Source of the DNA: Bacteroidia bacterium
GTDB taxonomy: Bacteria > Bacteroidota > Bacteroidia > AKYH767-A > OLB10
DNA length: 64,000 bases
Reading direction: 5' to 3'
Assembly: GCA_036274495.1 (NCBI GenBank)
Contig: DASUFP010000076.1
Coordinates: 78,901 to 142,900, forward strand
Shown: piece by piece, positions 10,599 through 20,708 of the stretch
Numbering within the stretch: position 1 is the first letter of the stretch
Layout: each line of letters begins with the position of its first letter
Position numbers and translations under genes: made by a program
The notes under the pieces: generated by a model
Told to the model about the DNA's origin: nothing
What the model saw: only the letters and a program-made list of their open reading frames with translations
Database searches by the model: none

Positions 10599-11129
10599 TC
10601 AGAACAGTGTGTGCACTTCGTTCTTGATCTGATCAATTGCCTTATGCACCGGATGCTCCTCATAACCCATCAACTGTGCAAAAACTTTTTTGCTGAGTTC
10701 GGCTCCGGGGTCTGTCGGGTTGCATTCGGCATACGAGGTGTTGATCATTTTTACCACCTCATCACGGCACTGCCTCACAATATCCCAGGATTCATTTGTA
10801 ATATACACCTGCTGTGTGATATTGTGTTCGAATTCGGAACGGATTGCACTCAGCAGTTCACGGTGAAAATCGGAAACCTGCATACCCGGCTGATACATGC
10901 GGATGAGCAGGTTGTTGGGCGACATGCGCTCCAGAAATAATATAATACGCTCAAAAGCCTGAAGCCGCAACGGCAACAAATCTTTTTGCATTGCCCTTTT
11001 CAGCTCGAGGTATTTTATTTTCTGATCGGTATCCAGAAACCTGCGGACCAACAAATAGGCGATGCCAAAAACCAACAGGGATGGTGCCAGGTAAACCAGA
11101 AAATCGAGCCATGTCTCAGAGAGCTTCAT
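10599..11129 (-). CDS. Conserved Bacteroidota membrane-anchored hypothetical protein
   Basis: N-terminal TM helix and LPLRLQAFERIILFLER...IRSEFEHNITQQVY motif. Confidence 0.75.
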   Translation of the reverse strand: MKLSETWLDFLVYLAPSLLVFGIAYLLVRRFLDTDQKIKYLELKRAMQKDLLPLRLQAFERIILFLERMSPNNLLIRMYQPGMQVSDFHRELLSAIRSEFEHNITQQVYITNESWDIVRQCRDEVVKMINTSYAECNPTDPGAELSKKVFAQLMGYEEHPVHKAIDQIKNEVHTLF

Positions 11130-11455
11130 ATTACCTTATTCTATATGTCCGGCAAATATCGGAAAAAGGGATGATCTCCCTTATTAAATACCATATATTG
11201 TTGTTATTCAGTACATTACAATACAATAATGGCTTATTCAAAGATTATGGTTCCCAAGTCACTCAAATTCGTTTGAAATCAAAACAAGCACCGGATATCC
11301 GCTGCTGTATAATACAGAACATAACAGTTGTGCACAGGCATATCGTAATTACAGGTAATCACATCCATCGGCCTGCTTACATACTCCCTCAAAAGTTGCT
11401 AACGTATGGTGTGTAAATAACTTGTAGAGCGACGGCCCGCTACGCCCATTTTTGT

Positions 11456-11463
11456 TAGATTTG
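11456..11463 (+). promoter_or_regulatory. -7 element (TAnnTTTG) for the aspC operon
   Basis: TAGATTTG, 20 nt before ATG 11484. Confidence 0.6.
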
Positions 11464-11483
11464 CTTCGATTTTCATATAACGT

Positions 11484-12680
11484 ATGGCATTACAACCCGC
11501 CGACCGCCTCAATAAAATCTCTGAATCCCAAACCATTGCCATGGCCCGATTAAGCAGGGAATTGCAGGATCAGGGACATGATGTAATCAGTCTGAGTCTT
11601 GGTGAACCCGATTTTGTTACACCTGAAGATATTCGTGAGTCCGCTAAAAAAGCAATCGATGAGGGATTTACACATTACACGCCCATTTCGGGTTTTGCTG
11701 ATTTGCGCAAAGCCATCTCCGAAAAATTTAAAAACGAAAACGGGTTGGATTACGCCGTCGATCAGATTGTTGTATCGACAGGTGCCAAACAATCCATTGC
11801 CAATGTTGTACTTGCGTTGGTTAATCCCGGCGACGAGGTTATAGTGCCCACACCCTACTGGGTAAGCTACTCACAAATAATCAGCCTTGCAGAAGGTAAA
11901 GCTGTTTTTGTTCACAGCAGTGTCGACAACGATTACAAGATTACTCCGGAACAGCTGCGCAACTCCATCACAAAAAAATCGAAACTGTTCATTTTTTCAT
12001 CTCCCTGCAATCCTTCGGGTTCTGTTTATACAAGAGAAGAGCTGAAGGCTTTCGCGGATATATTTGCGGAGTTCCCCGATGTGCTTATTTTGTCGGATGA
12101 AATCTACGAGCATATAAATTTTACAGGCAAACACGAGAGCATCGCGCAGTTTGAATCGATACGTGACCGGGTGATCATTGTAAATGGCGTATCAAAAGGT
12201 TATGCGATGACCGGCTGGAGGATCGGATACATCGGCGCCCCCAAATGGGTTGCGCAGGCCTGCGATAAAATTCAGGGCCAATTCACTTCGGGAACATCCA
12301 GCATCTCGCAAAAAGCTGCGCTTGGCGCGTTAAAATCGGGATCGGCATTTTATAATATGATGCGCGACACCTATCTGCGGCGCCGCGACCTGATGCTGGA
12401 ACTGCTTCACCGGATTCCGGGCATGCGTATGAACGTTCCGCAGGGTGCATTTTATGTATTTCCCGATGTAAGCGCTTTCTTCGGCAAAAAATCGGGAAGC
12501 GAAACCATTCATAATGCTAACGACTTGTGTATGTACGTACTTCACGATGCAAAAGTGTCGATGGTGCCGGGCGAGGCCTTCGGCGACCCCGCCTGCGTCA
12601 GGCTCTCGTACGCCACATCCGATGAAAATATTCGTAAAGCAATAGAACGGATCAAAGCAAGTCTTGCCAAATTGAGCTGA
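11484..12680 (+). CDS. aspC: Aspartate aminotransferase (class I PLP-dependent)
   Basis: SLSLGEPDF, GAKQSI, SPCNPSG, SDEIYE and the PLP lysine motif SKGYAMTGWRIG. Confidence 0.92.
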   Translation: MALQPADRLNKISESQTIAMARLSRELQDQGHDVISLSLGEPDFVTPEDIRESAKKAIDEGFTHYTPISGFADLRKAISEKFKNENGLDYAVDQIVVSTGAKQSIANVVLALVNPGDEVIVPTPYWVSYSQIISLAEGKAVFVHSSVDNDYKITPEQLRNSITKKSKLFIFSSPCNPSGSVYTREELKAFADIFAEFPDVLILSDEIYEHINFTGKHESIAQFESIRDRVIIVNGVSKGYAMTGWRIGYIGAPKWVAQACDKIQGQFTSGTSSISQKAALGALKSGSAFYNMMRDTYLRRRDLMLELLHRIPGMRMNVPQGAFYVFPDVSAFFGKKSGSETIHNANDLCMYVLHDAKVSMVPGEAFGDPACVRLSYATSDENIRKAIERIKASLAKLS

Positions 12681-12691
12681 ACATTTCAAAC

Positions 12692-13696
12692 ATGCAGTAC
12701 CGGGAACAGATACGTGAGGTGATCAATCGTTTTGAAGGAACAAAAGTCCTGATAATCGGCGATGTGATGGTTGACTCCTACTTATGGGGTAAAGTCGACA
12801 GGATATCACCTGAAGCACCGGTTCCCGTTGTGCATATTCTGAAAGAAGAAAACAGACCGGGAGGTGCTGCAAATGTTGCCGTAAATGTGCTTTCGCTGGG
12901 CGCCGTTCCCATACTCTGTTCAATAACGGGTAACGACAGGCATGGCGATGAATTTAACCGGCTGCTGGATGCCGCAGGGATGACAGCAAAAGGAATCATC
13001 CGTTCGGCGGACCGCAAAACAACAGTAAAAACAAGGGTACTGGGCAATCACCATCAGTTAGTGCGTATAGATGATGAAACAACAGAAGAGCTTTCTTCTT
13101 CCGATTCAACTCAATTAAAAGAACGGATCTCAGCCCTTATACAATCCGAACGTCCGGGAGTAATCATCCTTGAAGATTATGACAAGGGGATTTTCAACAA
13201 AGAAATAATCGGTTTCATCACCGCATTAGCTTCAAAAGATGGCATTCCCGTTACCGTTGATCCGAAAAAGAAAAACTTTAACACTTATACCCATGTTACT
13301 CTTTTTAAACCGAATCTGAGCGAGCTCCGTGCCGGATTAAAACAGGAACACATTACACCGGACCTTAAGACGCTTGAACAGGCAGTAAAACCTTTTCTCG
13401 ACGAAAGAAATATCGAAATAGTGATGGTGACCCTTTCGGAACACGGTGTTTTTATTGCCGACAAAACCCGGTCGGTGCTGCTGCCTGCCCACATCAGAGA
13501 TATTGCTGATGTAAGCGGCGCCGGCGATACCGTAATCAGTGTGGCTTCGTTATGTCTCGCCGTACAACAACCAATTGATGTAATTGCCGGCCTTGCCAAC
13601 CTTGCGGGCGGACTGGTTTGTGAATCGGTGGGTGTTGTTCCCGTTGATAAAGAAAAGCTTATTAATGAAGCACCAAAAGCGCTCTCTTTTATATAG
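12692..13696 (+). CDS. rfaE1: D-glycero-beta-D-manno-heptose-7-phosphate kinase (stand-alone RfaE/HldE domain I, PfkB family)
   Basis: GDVMVDSY.WG.VDRISPEAPVPV, DYDKG, VDPK, PNL.E, DVSGAGDT. Confidence 0.88.
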   Translation: MQYREQIREVINRFEGTKVLIIGDVMVDSYLWGKVDRISPEAPVPVVHILKEENRPGGAANVAVNVLSLGAVPILCSITGNDRHGDEFNRLLDAAGMTAKGIIRSADRKTTVKTRVLGNHHQLVRIDDETTEELSSSDSTQLKERISALIQSERPGVIILEDYDKGIFNKEIIGFITALASKDGIPVTVDPKKKNFNTYTHVTLFKPNLSELRAGLKQEHITPDLKTLEQAVKPFLDERNIEIVMVTLSEHGVFIADKTRSVLLPAHIRDIADVSGAGDTVISVASLCLAVQQPIDVIAGLANLAGGLVCESVGVVPVDKEKLINEAPKALSFI

Positions 13697-13711
13697 CCGA
13701 AAGGCCTCTTC

Positions 13712-15523
13712 ATGTCAATAAACGAATTCAGGGAAAAAGTAAACCTCAGGCTTTTTAAAAGCAAGGACACGGTACTCTTTATTTTCGGAGTGCTGAGTTC
13801 ACTTATTGCTGTTCTGGCAGTAGGCCTTCTCATTTACAGCATAGGCTTTCCGCAAACACCTGCCCTGAGAAACGTTGAAATGTTTTTCATCAAAACGCTC
13901 TTCGGATTTTACATTCTGAATTTTATTGTCAGGTTCCTTTACACATTCGAGCCTTTATTGTTTCTTAAATCGAATACTCTTGAACTCGGACTGGTTTTAC
14001 TGCTGACGATTGAAGCATTCAGCTCGCTGTTGTTCAACAAACCCGTCTTTCAGACCTTACTGGAAGTGTCGGGATACGGTGCATACATCGGCACGTACAT
14101 TGTTACACTGCAGATGCTGCTGCTGATTTTGCTGGTGATAGACATTGCCAAGGCAACAACCTTCATGAATTTCGTCAAGCTGAAGCCCAGCTCGATGTTT
14201 ATTCTTTCGTTTCTCCTGCTTATTAGTATTGGGGCAGTAATGCTGATGTTACCCGAAATGACAACCGACAAGCAGGGTGCCGATGCAATGACCGCGATTT
14301 TTACTTCGACGAGTGCCAGTTGTGTCACGGGACTCATTGTTGTTGATACAGCTACCTTCTTTACACTGAAAGGGAAGCTGGTTATTATGTTCCTGATTCA
14401 GCTGGGCGGATTAAACATTATATCGTTTGCCACCTTTTTCGCATCCTTTTTCTCAAAGGGAGTTGGTTTAAAGCATCATTCGCTGATGCAGGATTTCTTC
14501 TCGTCGGGATCGCTGCTGGACGCCAAATCGTTACTGCGACAGATTATTTTCATGAGCATCACCATCGAGGTGATGGGCGCCATTGCCATTTATTCGCTCC
14601 TGGATCCATCCCTACCGTTCCACTCGGTGAAAGAAAAAGTATTCTTTTCGGTTTTCCACTCCATTTCCGCATTTAACAATGCAGGATTTTCACTTTATAC
14701 CAATGGCCTCTTTGAACCGGTGATAAAAGGCAATTATATTTTACACATCGCTTTCGCGGGATTGATATTTTTTGGAAGTCTCGGTTTTTCCACCATCAGG
14801 GATGTATTCAGTTTATCGGCTATGCGCGAGCGGATGCGGTTGCCGTGGAAACAATTTCAGCTGAGTACACAAATCTCGTTGTTCAGTTCAATTGTATTGG
14901 TCGTGTTTGGTGCAGTGGCTTTTTATCTGCTCGCAAATCACAACGTACTGGAAGGCAAAAAACCATTTGAGTCGACTGTTATCTCCATCTTTCAGTCGGT
15001 AACATGCCGCACTGCCGGATTTAATACCATTGATATCGGCTCGCTTACAACACCAACACTGATATTAATGATTCTGCTGATGTTTATCGGTGCCTCATCA
15101 GGATCAACAGGCGGTGGTATCAAAACCTCCACCTTCACTATTATCATTCTTTCGGCATTCTCAACCATCCGCGGCAAGCGGAACCTGGAACTGCTCAGAC
15201 ACAATATTGCCTGGGAACTGCTCAACAAAGCCTTTTCCATTTTTATATTTTCAGCGTCCTTTATTTTTGTCTGCACATTTATTTTATCGATGCAGGAACC
15301 GGGCATCGATATGATGAAGTTGTTGTTTGAGGAAGTTTCGGCATTTGGAACGGTAGGACTCAGTACCGGTATTACATCTGCACTTACCGATCCTGCAAAA
15401 ACAACTATCATCATCAGCATGTTTGTCGGCAGAATCGGAACACTTACCATTGCGCTGGCACTGAGTTCACAGGTGGCGAATGTAGATTACAAATACCCGA
15501 ACGCACACTTCATGGTGGGTTAA
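13712..15523 (+). CDS. trkH: TrkH/KtrB family K+ transporter with an N-terminal multi-TM extension
   Basis: Four pore loops: SASCVTGL, AFNNAGF, CRTAGF and SAFGTVGLS. Also FIGASSGSTGGGIK. Confidence 0.9.
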   Translation: MSINEFREKVNLRLFKSKDTVLFIFGVLSSLIAVLAVGLLIYSIGFPQTPALRNVEMFFIKTLFGFYILNFIVRFLYTFEPLLFLKSNTLELGLVLLLTIEAFSSLLFNKPVFQTLLEVSGYGAYIGTYIVTLQMLLLILLVIDIAKATTFMNFVKLKPSSMFILSFLLLISIGAVMLMLPEMTTDKQGADAMTAIFTSTSASCVTGLIVVDTATFFTLKGKLVIMFLIQLGGLNIISFATFFASFFSKGVGLKHHSLMQDFFSSGSLLDAKSLLRQIIFMSITIEVMGAIAIYSLLDPSLPFHSVKEKVFFSVFHSISAFNNAGFSLYTNGLFEPVIKGNYILHIAFAGLIFFGSLGFSTIRDVFSLSAMRERMRLPWKQFQLSTQISLFSSIVLVVFGAVAFYLLANHNVLEGKKPFESTVISIFQSVTCRTAGFNTIDIGSLTTPTLILMILLMFIGASSGSTGGGIKTSTFTIIILSAFSTIRGKRNLELLRHNIAWELLNKAFSIFIFSASFIFVCTFILSMQEPGIDMMKLLFEEVSAFGTVGLSTGITSALTDPAKTTIIISMFVGRIGTLTIALALSSQVANVDYKYPNAHFMVG

Positions 15524-15538
15524 GCCGTTATACTACAG

Positions 15539-16300
15539 ATGAACTCAACCCTTAAACCTTCTGAAAACGTAAAACCCTATGGCATAGCGACCAAAGGCAA
15601 GAAGGAGGAAGTTGAATTGATGTTTGACTCCATCTCGGGTCGTTATGACCTGTTGAATCATCTGTTGTCGATGGGAATCGATAAGGGATGGAGGCGCAAG
15701 GCTATCGACCTGCTGCGAAATATGCACCCCGCAACTATTTTGGACGTCGCCACAGGCACTGCCGATTTTGCCATTGCGGCACTGAGTACAGGCGCCGGAC
15801 AGATAACCGGTATCGATATTTCGAACGGCATGCTGGAAGTAGGCAGACAAAAAATTAAAGCTCAAAAGCTGGAAGATACCATTTGCCTGATTCAGGGCGA
15901 CTCGGAGGCGCTGCCTTTCGGCGATAATTCTTTTGATGCCGTTACGGCGGCATTTGGAGTACGCAATTTCGAAAACCTGAAAAAAGGGCTGACCGAAATG
16001 TACCGTGTACTGCGCCCCGGCGGTAAAGTGGTGATCCTAGAATTCAGCCGGCCAAAATATTTCCCGGTGAGGCAACTTTACTGGTTTTACTTTCGTTCCA
16101 TTTTGCCGGCAGTTGGTCGGATAATCTCTAAAGACCGGTCTGCCTATAGCTACCTTCCCGAGTCGGTTAATGCCTTTCCGGATGGTAAAGATTTTCTTAA
16201 AATATTGAATGCCAGTGGCTTTGTGAACGAGTCGCAAAAACAACTTACCTTTGGGATCGCATCCATCTATTCCGGACAAAAAAGCCGGCCGAATGCCTGA
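15539..16300 (+). CDS. ubiE: Demethylmenaquinone methyltransferase (MenG/UbiE)
   Basis: MFDSISGRYDLLNHLLSMG, LDVATGTAD, AFGVRNF, YSYLPESV. Confidence 0.93.
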   Translation: MNSTLKPSENVKPYGIATKGKKEEVELMFDSISGRYDLLNHLLSMGIDKGWRRKAIDLLRNMHPATILDVATGTADFAIAALSTGAGQITGIDISNGMLEVGRQKIKAQKLEDTICLIQGDSEALPFGDNSFDAVTAAFGVRNFENLKKGLTEMYRVLRPGGKVVILEFSRPKYFPVRQLYWFYFRSILPAVGRIISKDRSAYSYLPESVNAFPDGKDFLKILNASGFVNESQKQLTFGIASIYSGQKSRPNA

Positions 16301-17045
16301 GCAAGCCTACGTTAGCGTGAAAAAAAACAGCCGTCTTTTCTTATCCATCACCTTATTCCTGATTGCACTGCTGCTTCTGTTTGGAGGGACGACCGTTTAT
16401 GCGCAGCGGGAGAAAGTTCAAAATCTTCCCAATTACGATCGTCAGAAGATTCACTTTGGCTTTCTGCTGGGAATTAACACTACCGATTTTGTAATTGGCA
16501 GGATTCCGGAATTCAATATGCTCGACACCTTATACAGTGTTGAATCGGAGCCTCAGACAGGTTTTAACCTCGGCATTATTGTTAACTTCAAACTGAGCGA
16601 ACATTTCGATCTTCGTTTTGTTCCCGACCTCTCTTTTTCGCAGCGTAACCTTAATTACAGTTTTCACACTCCCGTAAAAAATTATTCCATCGTAAAAAAT
16701 GTTGAATCAACATTTCTTGAGTTTCCCTTAGACCTCAAATTCAAATCGAAACGGGTAAATAACTACCGCGTATATGTGCTTGCGGGTGCCAAGTACACCA
16801 TTGACATGGTGTCGCAAGCCAAGGTCGAGAACAAGGACAAGCAATTTGTAAAACTTGAAAAGAAAGATTACGGGTATGAAATAGGACTCGGATTCGATTT
16901 TTACCTGGAGCGATTTAAGTTTTCACCTGAAATAAAAATGTTTCACGGGCTCAACAACCTGCTTGTCGACGACAGCGCCATCTATTCCACTTCGCTCAAA
17001 TCGCTTCGCTCTAAAATTTTTGTCTTTTCAATTACATTCGAATAG
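16293..17045 (+). CDS. porT: T9SS outer-membrane beta-barrel protein PorT/SprT
   Basis: Signal peptide, 'NLPNYDRQKIHFGFLLGIN', 'DLRFVPDLSFSQR', 'FPLDLKFKSKRVNN', and a C-terminal aromatic barrel strand. It follows ubiE, as I recall for other Bacteroidota. Confidence 0.85.
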   Translation: MPEQAYVSVKKNSRLFLSITLFLIALLLLFGGTTVYAQREKVQNLPNYDRQKIHFGFLLGINTTDFVIGRIPEFNMLDTLYSVESEPQTGFNLGIIVNFKLSEHFDLRFVPDLSFSQRNLNYSFHTPVKNYSIVKNVESTFLEFPLDLKFKSKRVNNYRVYVLAGAKYTIDMVSQAKVENKDKQFVKLEKKDYGYEIGLGFDFYLERFKFSPEIKMFHGLNNLLVDDSAIYSTSLKSLRSKIFVFSITFE

Positions 17046-17066
17046 CACACATGCGCTAACCGTTAA

Positions 17067-18644
17067 ATGATAAAACGAATCGATCTCGTTCTTCCGCCCG
17101 AAGAGGCGGCAAACGAATCAGGTTACCTGAAACTCCTTTCCTCAGCTGCCGGCATTCCCGAGAGTGAAATTATCCATTTTTCACTTCGCAAGCGTTCCAT
17201 CGACGCACGCAGCAAGCATCCAAAAGTGCTCCTCTCATTCGATGTGTATACCGAAGTTGCGGATATCCCAGCAGCTCCTCCTGATGCCGGGTACCAAAAT
17301 GTTACCAATGGTAAAACAGTAGCCATAGTAGGATGCGGGCCTGCTGGACTTTTTGCGGCGCTGCGCCTGTTGCAGGCGGGCTGCAAACCGGTAATTATTG
17401 AACGGGGGAAAAATGTCCGCGACCGCCGACGCAATTTGGCCGCACTGAACAAACTGCACACCGTTAATCCCCACTCCAACTATTGTTTTGGTGAAGGGGG
17501 TGCGGGCACTTACTCCGATGGAAAACTCTACACCCGGTCGGACAAAAGAGGTAACGTAAAAAATATTCTTGATGTGCTGGTGCGTTTCGGTGCCGATCCG
17601 ACAATTTCCGTCGACGCACACCCGCATATCGGCACCAACAAACTGCCCGGTATTATTTCCGCTATCAGAGAAATGATTTTGGACTGCGGGGGCGAAATAG
17701 TATTTAACACACTGGTATCGGATATCAGCATTAAAGGTGGCGCTGTAAGCCACCTGATACTGCAACCCGTTTCAGGCGGCACACCATACACGTTGCAAGC
17801 CGAATCAGTCATACTTGCCACGGGCCATTCGGCGCGCGACATATATGAAATGCTGTTCAGAAACAAAATCACCATTCAAAGTAAACCGTTTGCACTTGGC
17901 GTTCGTGTTGAACACCCGCAGCCGCTCATTGACCGTATCCAGTACCATTGCGACATAAGAGGTCCCTATCTGCCTGCGGCATCCTATTCATTATCGGCAC
18001 AGGTTTCAGGAGCAGGCGTCTACTCCTTTTGTATGTGTCCGGGAGGTATTATTGCTCCCGCGGCAACAGCACCGGGCGAAGTGGTTGTAAATGGCTGGTC
18101 GCCCTCGAAACGAAACAACCCCTATGCAAATTCCGGTTTGGTAATGAGTGTTGACGAATCGGACTTTAAACCTTTTTCGGAATTTGGTCCCTTACGGGCG
18201 ATGTATTTTCAATCGTCGGTCGAACAACTTGCCTTTACCGCGGCAGGGAGTAATCTGAGTGGTCCCGCGCAACGCCTGATGGACTTTATAGACGGTAAAT
18301 ATTCTTCGGTCCTTCCCGACTGCTCTTATGTCCCGGGCATCACATCCGTTGCACTCGATCAGGTACTTCCTTCAAAAATTGCATCGGGTTTGCGCGAAGG
18401 GCTGAAATTGTTCGGTAAAAAAATGCGGGGCTATCTTACAAATGAAGCCGTGCTGGTTGCCACTGAATCGCGTACCTCATCTCCTGTGAGAATTCCACGT
18501 GATCCTGATACACTGATGCACCCCGAAGTAAAAGGACTTTTTCCCTGCGGTGAAGGTGCAGGATATGCAGGTGGTATTATGTCGGCGGCAATTGACGGCG
18601 AACGGTGCGCTGAAGCGGCTATTGCATTTTATGGGAAGCAGTAA
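17067..18644 (+). CDS. Uncharacterized FAD-dependent oxidoreductase (COG2509-like)
   Basis: VGCGPAG dinucleotide fold, FGEGGAGTYSDGKL, HPHIGTNKL, YSFCMCPGG, ESRTSSPVRI, GEGAGYAGGIMSAA. Confidence 0.88.
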   Translation: MIKRIDLVLPPEEAANESGYLKLLSSAAGIPESEIIHFSLRKRSIDARSKHPKVLLSFDVYTEVADIPAAPPDAGYQNVTNGKTVAIVGCGPAGLFAALRLLQAGCKPVIIERGKNVRDRRRNLAALNKLHTVNPHSNYCFGEGGAGTYSDGKLYTRSDKRGNVKNILDVLVRFGADPTISVDAHPHIGTNKLPGIISAIREMILDCGGEIVFNTLVSDISIKGGAVSHLILQPVSGGTPYTLQAESVILATGHSARDIYEMLFRNKITIQSKPFALGVRVEHPQPLIDRIQYHCDIRGPYLPAASYSLSAQVSGAGVYSFCMCPGGIIAPAATAPGEVVVNGWSPSKRNNPYANSGLVMSVDESDFKPFSEFGPLRAMYFQSSVEQLAFTAAGSNLSGPAQRLMDFIDGKYSSVLPDCSYVPGITSVALDQVLPSKIASGLREGLKLFGKKMRGYLTNEAVLVATESRTSSPVRIPRDPDTLMHPEVKGLFPCGEGAGYAGGIMSAAIDGERCAEAAIAFYGKQ

Positions 18645-18650
18645 GCTTAT

Positions 18651-20708
18651 TCATTTTCCAAACGTATACCGAAACTGTAATTTTATTTCTGACTTCACAC
18701 TTCCTTCAATCTCCTCATATCCCGAACCGATGTGATCTCTGTTCTCGTAAACCGAAACAGCGTATTTTAGCCACGCCGAAAGTGCTGATGAGAAATTAAA
18801 ACGTACAAGAACATATATTCTGGAACCGGTATAATAGTATGCAGGCACCGAATAACTTCCCGGCACATCTGCCTCATAGGCATATATTCGGCTACCGTAC
18901 CCCGTGGTTTCAAACCAGGCATATCGCAGGGTTACCTGCCAGGGCGATTGCAGCGGCCGCCAGGAAGCCTCATTCAGAAACAGCATTCCCTGTTCAGGTT
19001 TACCGACGCCCGAAACAGACAACAACTCCACTCTTGTTTTCATTGTTAAATAACGGGACAACTGATAACCGGCATGAAGCCGCCACCCGTTGTAACGGCT
19101 AAACGTTATCGCCTGCAATGGAAGATCACTTTCGGTATCGTTCGAACTTTTACAGGAACTGCGATACCTGATATACAATTCGCTTTTGCGGGAGGGCTGC
19201 CATGAGAGCCGCACATTGATTTCACGTCCTTTTGAAGGAGCATCGGCATAATAGGTAAGCCAGGGAAAAATATAGCTGTCGCACGAACCCGACAGCAGTA
19301 CATTTTTATTTAGGTTAAACGTTATTCCGGCGTATATACCCTGCTCATTTGCATTCTGACTTCTTTGTCCGGAAGCCCCTGTGTAAACCGGAATAAAATC
19401 CCTGTCGAACATCCGAGCCGACAAACTGAAACTCATGAAACGGTCGGCACTCACCATGAGACCTGCTAAAAAAGCTGTTGCATCATTTGATGACCGGGCC
19501 ACTTCGCCAAAAAACACAATGTTGCCAACCAGCTTCCAGCAATCAATTCCTCCTCTTGAAAATGCGGTACCCGAAAAATCGAATCGGTTATACGGATGTG
19601 GTGTTTTGATGACAGGAATGGAGTATTCGGCATGCACGAATGTTAAGCCGATTGCGCCGCTGCTGTTACTGAATGCCAATCTGCCTCCTCCCATCCTTTC
19701 GGTGATGGCACCCTTATCTTCAATTTCCCACCAGGTGCGATGATAGCCCGATGTTTGTAATGAAGAAACAGTAGCATTTCCGAAGAGTGAATCGGTATCG
19801 CTTCGGATGTTCGCGTCGATGTTGTGTTTAGAAACAAAAAGATCGAGGGTACTGTTTTTAAAAGGAGTAACCGACAAGGCCGCACCACGCTGAAACCCAC
19901 TCTCGCCGGTTGAACTGTAGGGTTTGATTCCCGGCAGGTTTCGTTTTACGAATACGGGATCACCCGAAAAACCACCGTTTCCCGTGTTGAGTGTAAGTCC
20001 CTGTCCATAGCATAACTGATAGTCGCCAACCACTAACATATTCAGTCTCCCCATCTGCTTCAGCGCAACATGAAACGAATAAAAATCGAACCCATCAGGA
20101 TTTGAACCGGCAAAAAATTCTTCGCCGGGATCTTTTTCGGCAGTAAATGCAAGAGAAATATGTTTTGCCAGTGTATACCTGTAACGCAGTAACGATCCAA
20201 ACGAAGACCCTTTGTAAACGGAATAGGGTGCGCCGGCATAACCCGCTTTTTGCTCTAAAACACGCTGCACCCGGTAAATAAAATAATGATCACCTTCACC
20301 GGAAAGGGTTTTAATATCTTTTCCCTTTAAATCGGATGTCTTACAGCATATATACGGTAACAGCGAACGAATATATGTATACGAAAACCCGTCAACCTGC
20401 TGCAGTTCTTCGAGGGCGATAAACGGCCCGCAGGATCTGACATGTTCTTCGATAGCCTTCAGCTGAACATCGTTAAACAATCCTGATTTCCTAAAATCGT
20501 TCATATTACCGTTACAAATATTAAATGGATGACGTGCCAGCTCTTCCACATTTTCGGTGAACGCCGAAAAATCTCCCTGGTCGTCATCGCCGGCAACGGA
20601 TTCGATTTTATCTTCAAGTGTCTGACTCATCTCCGCCGGCACCTGACAGAATGAAAAACCACATAGGGCATTCAGCGACACAAATAAAATACACCGTATC
20701 AGTTTCAT
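18651..20708 (-). CDS. Outer-membrane helix-hairpin-helix (ComEA-like) domain protein
   Basis: Signal peptide, HhH-like 'GPFIALEELQQVDGF', and a beta-strand-rich C-terminus ending KLQFRYTF. I chose the start at 20708 from the ATGA overlap with the upstream stop. Confidence 0.75.
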   Translation of the reverse strand: MKLIRCILFVSLNALCGFSFCQVPAEMSQTLEDKIESVAGDDDQGDFSAFTENVEELARHPFNICNGNMNDFRKSGLFNDVQLKAIEEHVRSCGPFIALEELQQVDGFSYTYIRSLLPYICCKTSDLKGKDIKTLSGEGDHYFIYRVQRVLEQKAGYAGAPYSVYKGSSFGSLLRYRYTLAKHISLAFTAEKDPGEEFFAGSNPDGFDFYSFHVALKQMGRLNMLVVGDYQLCYGQGLTLNTGNGGFSGDPVFVKRNLPGIKPYSSTGESGFQRGAALSVTPFKNSTLDLFVSKHNIDANIRSDTDSLFGNATVSSLQTSGYHRTWWEIEDKGAITERMGGGRLAFSNSSGAIGLTFVHAEYSIPVIKTPHPYNRFDFSGTAFSRGGIDCWKLVGNIVFFGEVARSSNDATAFLAGLMVSADRFMSFSLSARMFDRDFIPVYTGASGQRSQNANEQGIYAGITFNLNKNVLLSGSCDSYIFPWLTYYADAPSKGREINVRLSWQPSRKSELYIRYRSSCKSSNDTESDLPLQAITFSRYNGWRLHAGYQLSRYLTMKTRVELLSVSGVGKPEQGMLFLNEASWRPLQSPWQVTLRYAWFETTGYGSRIYAYEADVPGSYSVPAYYYTGSRIYVLVRFNFSSALSAWLKYAVSVYENRDHIGSGYEEIEGSVKSEIKLQFRYTFGK

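Noticed and set aside
11305-11317. CTGTATAATACAG as a LexA SOS box
   Set aside because: The spacing is CTGT-N5-ACAG rather than N8, and the flanking genes are not SOS genes.
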